Below are positions 62,978-64,000 of a stretch of DNA of 64,000 bases, one piece after another; within the stretch, counting starts at the first letter, position 1; each line of letters starts with the position of its first letter. This DNA is from Eremomyces bilateralis CBS 781.70 (Eukaryota), in assembly GCA_010015585.1 (NCBI GenBank), contig ML975158.1. One strand, 5' to 3'. Position numbers and translations under genes: made by a program. A model generated the notes under the pieces. It did no database searches. It was not told the DNA's origin and saw nothing but the letters and a program-made list of their open reading frames with translations.

Positions 62978-64000
62978 ATGGCACCAGTAGGTCTACACTC
63001 AAGCTTCAGAACCCGGATTATTGATGGCTGATGGGTACTGTAGGCAGCGAATACAGCAGATGAAGAATACGATGGTATGTTGAGATATGTCCTTGGTTGA
63101 GCTCAAGCTAATCCATTGAATAGGCTCCGTTTTCTCCGTCTCAGGGTACGAGAACAACATCGCCCTGATCCACACGTGCTAATGTTTCGTAGTCCTGTCA
63201 TCGTGGCGGAGAACATGATCGGTTGTTCTATGAACGAATTGGTATGCTACTTCCCTCAGATCCTTACACGCTCTTCTGCTGATTCCGTAGGTTCGTGTCG
63301 GCCACGAGAACCTGGTTGGAGAAGTCATTCGTATAGAAGCCGATAAAGCCACGATCCAAGTCTACGAAGAGACAGGTATGGTCGATTGCACATGGACATA
63401 ATCTACGGGTGCTGACAGGCGGTAGCCGGAGTCAAAGTTGGTGATCCTGTCATTGGCTCGGGCAAGCCCTTATCGGTCGAACTCGGACCGGGCCTCATGG
63501 AGACCATCTACGACGGTATCCAACGGCCCCTGAAGCACATTGCGGACGTGTCGAACTCCATCTACATTCCTCGCGGCATCGACATTCCTTCCCTCAACCG
63601 TGAGAAGAAGTGGGAGTTCACCCCCGGCCAGTTCAAAGTCGGTGACCACATCACCGGCGGCGACGTCTTCGGTACGGTCTTCGAAAACTCCTTGCTGAGC
63701 GAGCATAAGATTCTGCTTCCACCGCGCGCTCGTGGTACGATCACACGACTTGCTGGGCCGGGCAGCTATACTGTGGACGAGAAGATCCTGGAGTTGGAAT
63801 TTGACGGCAAGAGGACCGAATACAGCATGATGCATAGGTGGCCCGTTCGAGTTCCTCGACCTTCCAATGAGAAGTTGAGCTCGGATCAGCCCCTCATCGT
63901 CGGACAACGTGTGCTAGACGCCCTGTTCCCGAGTATCCAAGGCGGTACGGTCTGCATTCCCGGTGCCTTTGGATGCGGGAAGACCGTGATTAGCCAGAGT
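62978..64000 (+). CDS. VMA1: V-type ATPase catalytic subunit A, 5' part (runs off the window)
   Basis: MAP|...[36 protein letters not shown] and P-loop [13 protein letters not shown]. Five short introns. An in-frame ATG lies upstream at 62654. Confidence 0.96.

Noticed and set aside
63900..64000. VMA1 intein (VDE)
   Set aside because: The known insertion site lies beyond the window end, so it cannot be assessed, and no intein sequence is visible.

Overview
Gene-dense 64 kb window from a filamentous ascomycete (Pezizomycotina-like: short ~45-60 nt GT-AG introns with CTRAC branch points, possible RIP-type mutations). It holds about 22 intact intron-containing genes. These are a Trk K+ transporter, a carboxylesterase, IEC3, ORM1, U1-C, a TBC Rab-GAP, UTP15, MED1, glutamine synthetase, an ankyrin-CorA-like protein, an RCR protein, NCE102, a Zn2Cys6 TF, an RTA1 protein, SLX1, KDM5, YAH1, the 5' part of VMA1 and several hypothetical proteins. 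There are also a frameshifted HET-NACHT-WD40 NLR, a disrupted membrane-protein pseudogene, a probable hAT transposon end and a probable LTR remnant. The top finding is in the U1 snRNP-C gene: the conserved N-terminus MPKFFCDYC is recovered only by splicing a non-canonical U2-type AT-AC first intron followed by a 6-nt microexon. This is a candidate autoregulatory splicing sensor in the gene for a 5' splice-site recognition factor. Other findings are a long intronic hairpin in the Trk gene, repeated C-rich-to-G-rich skew domains, a GATA-rich 697-nt intron in glutamine synthetase, and an in-frame N-terminal extension of VMA1. Gene names and exon boundaries were inferred by eye, with no database searches.
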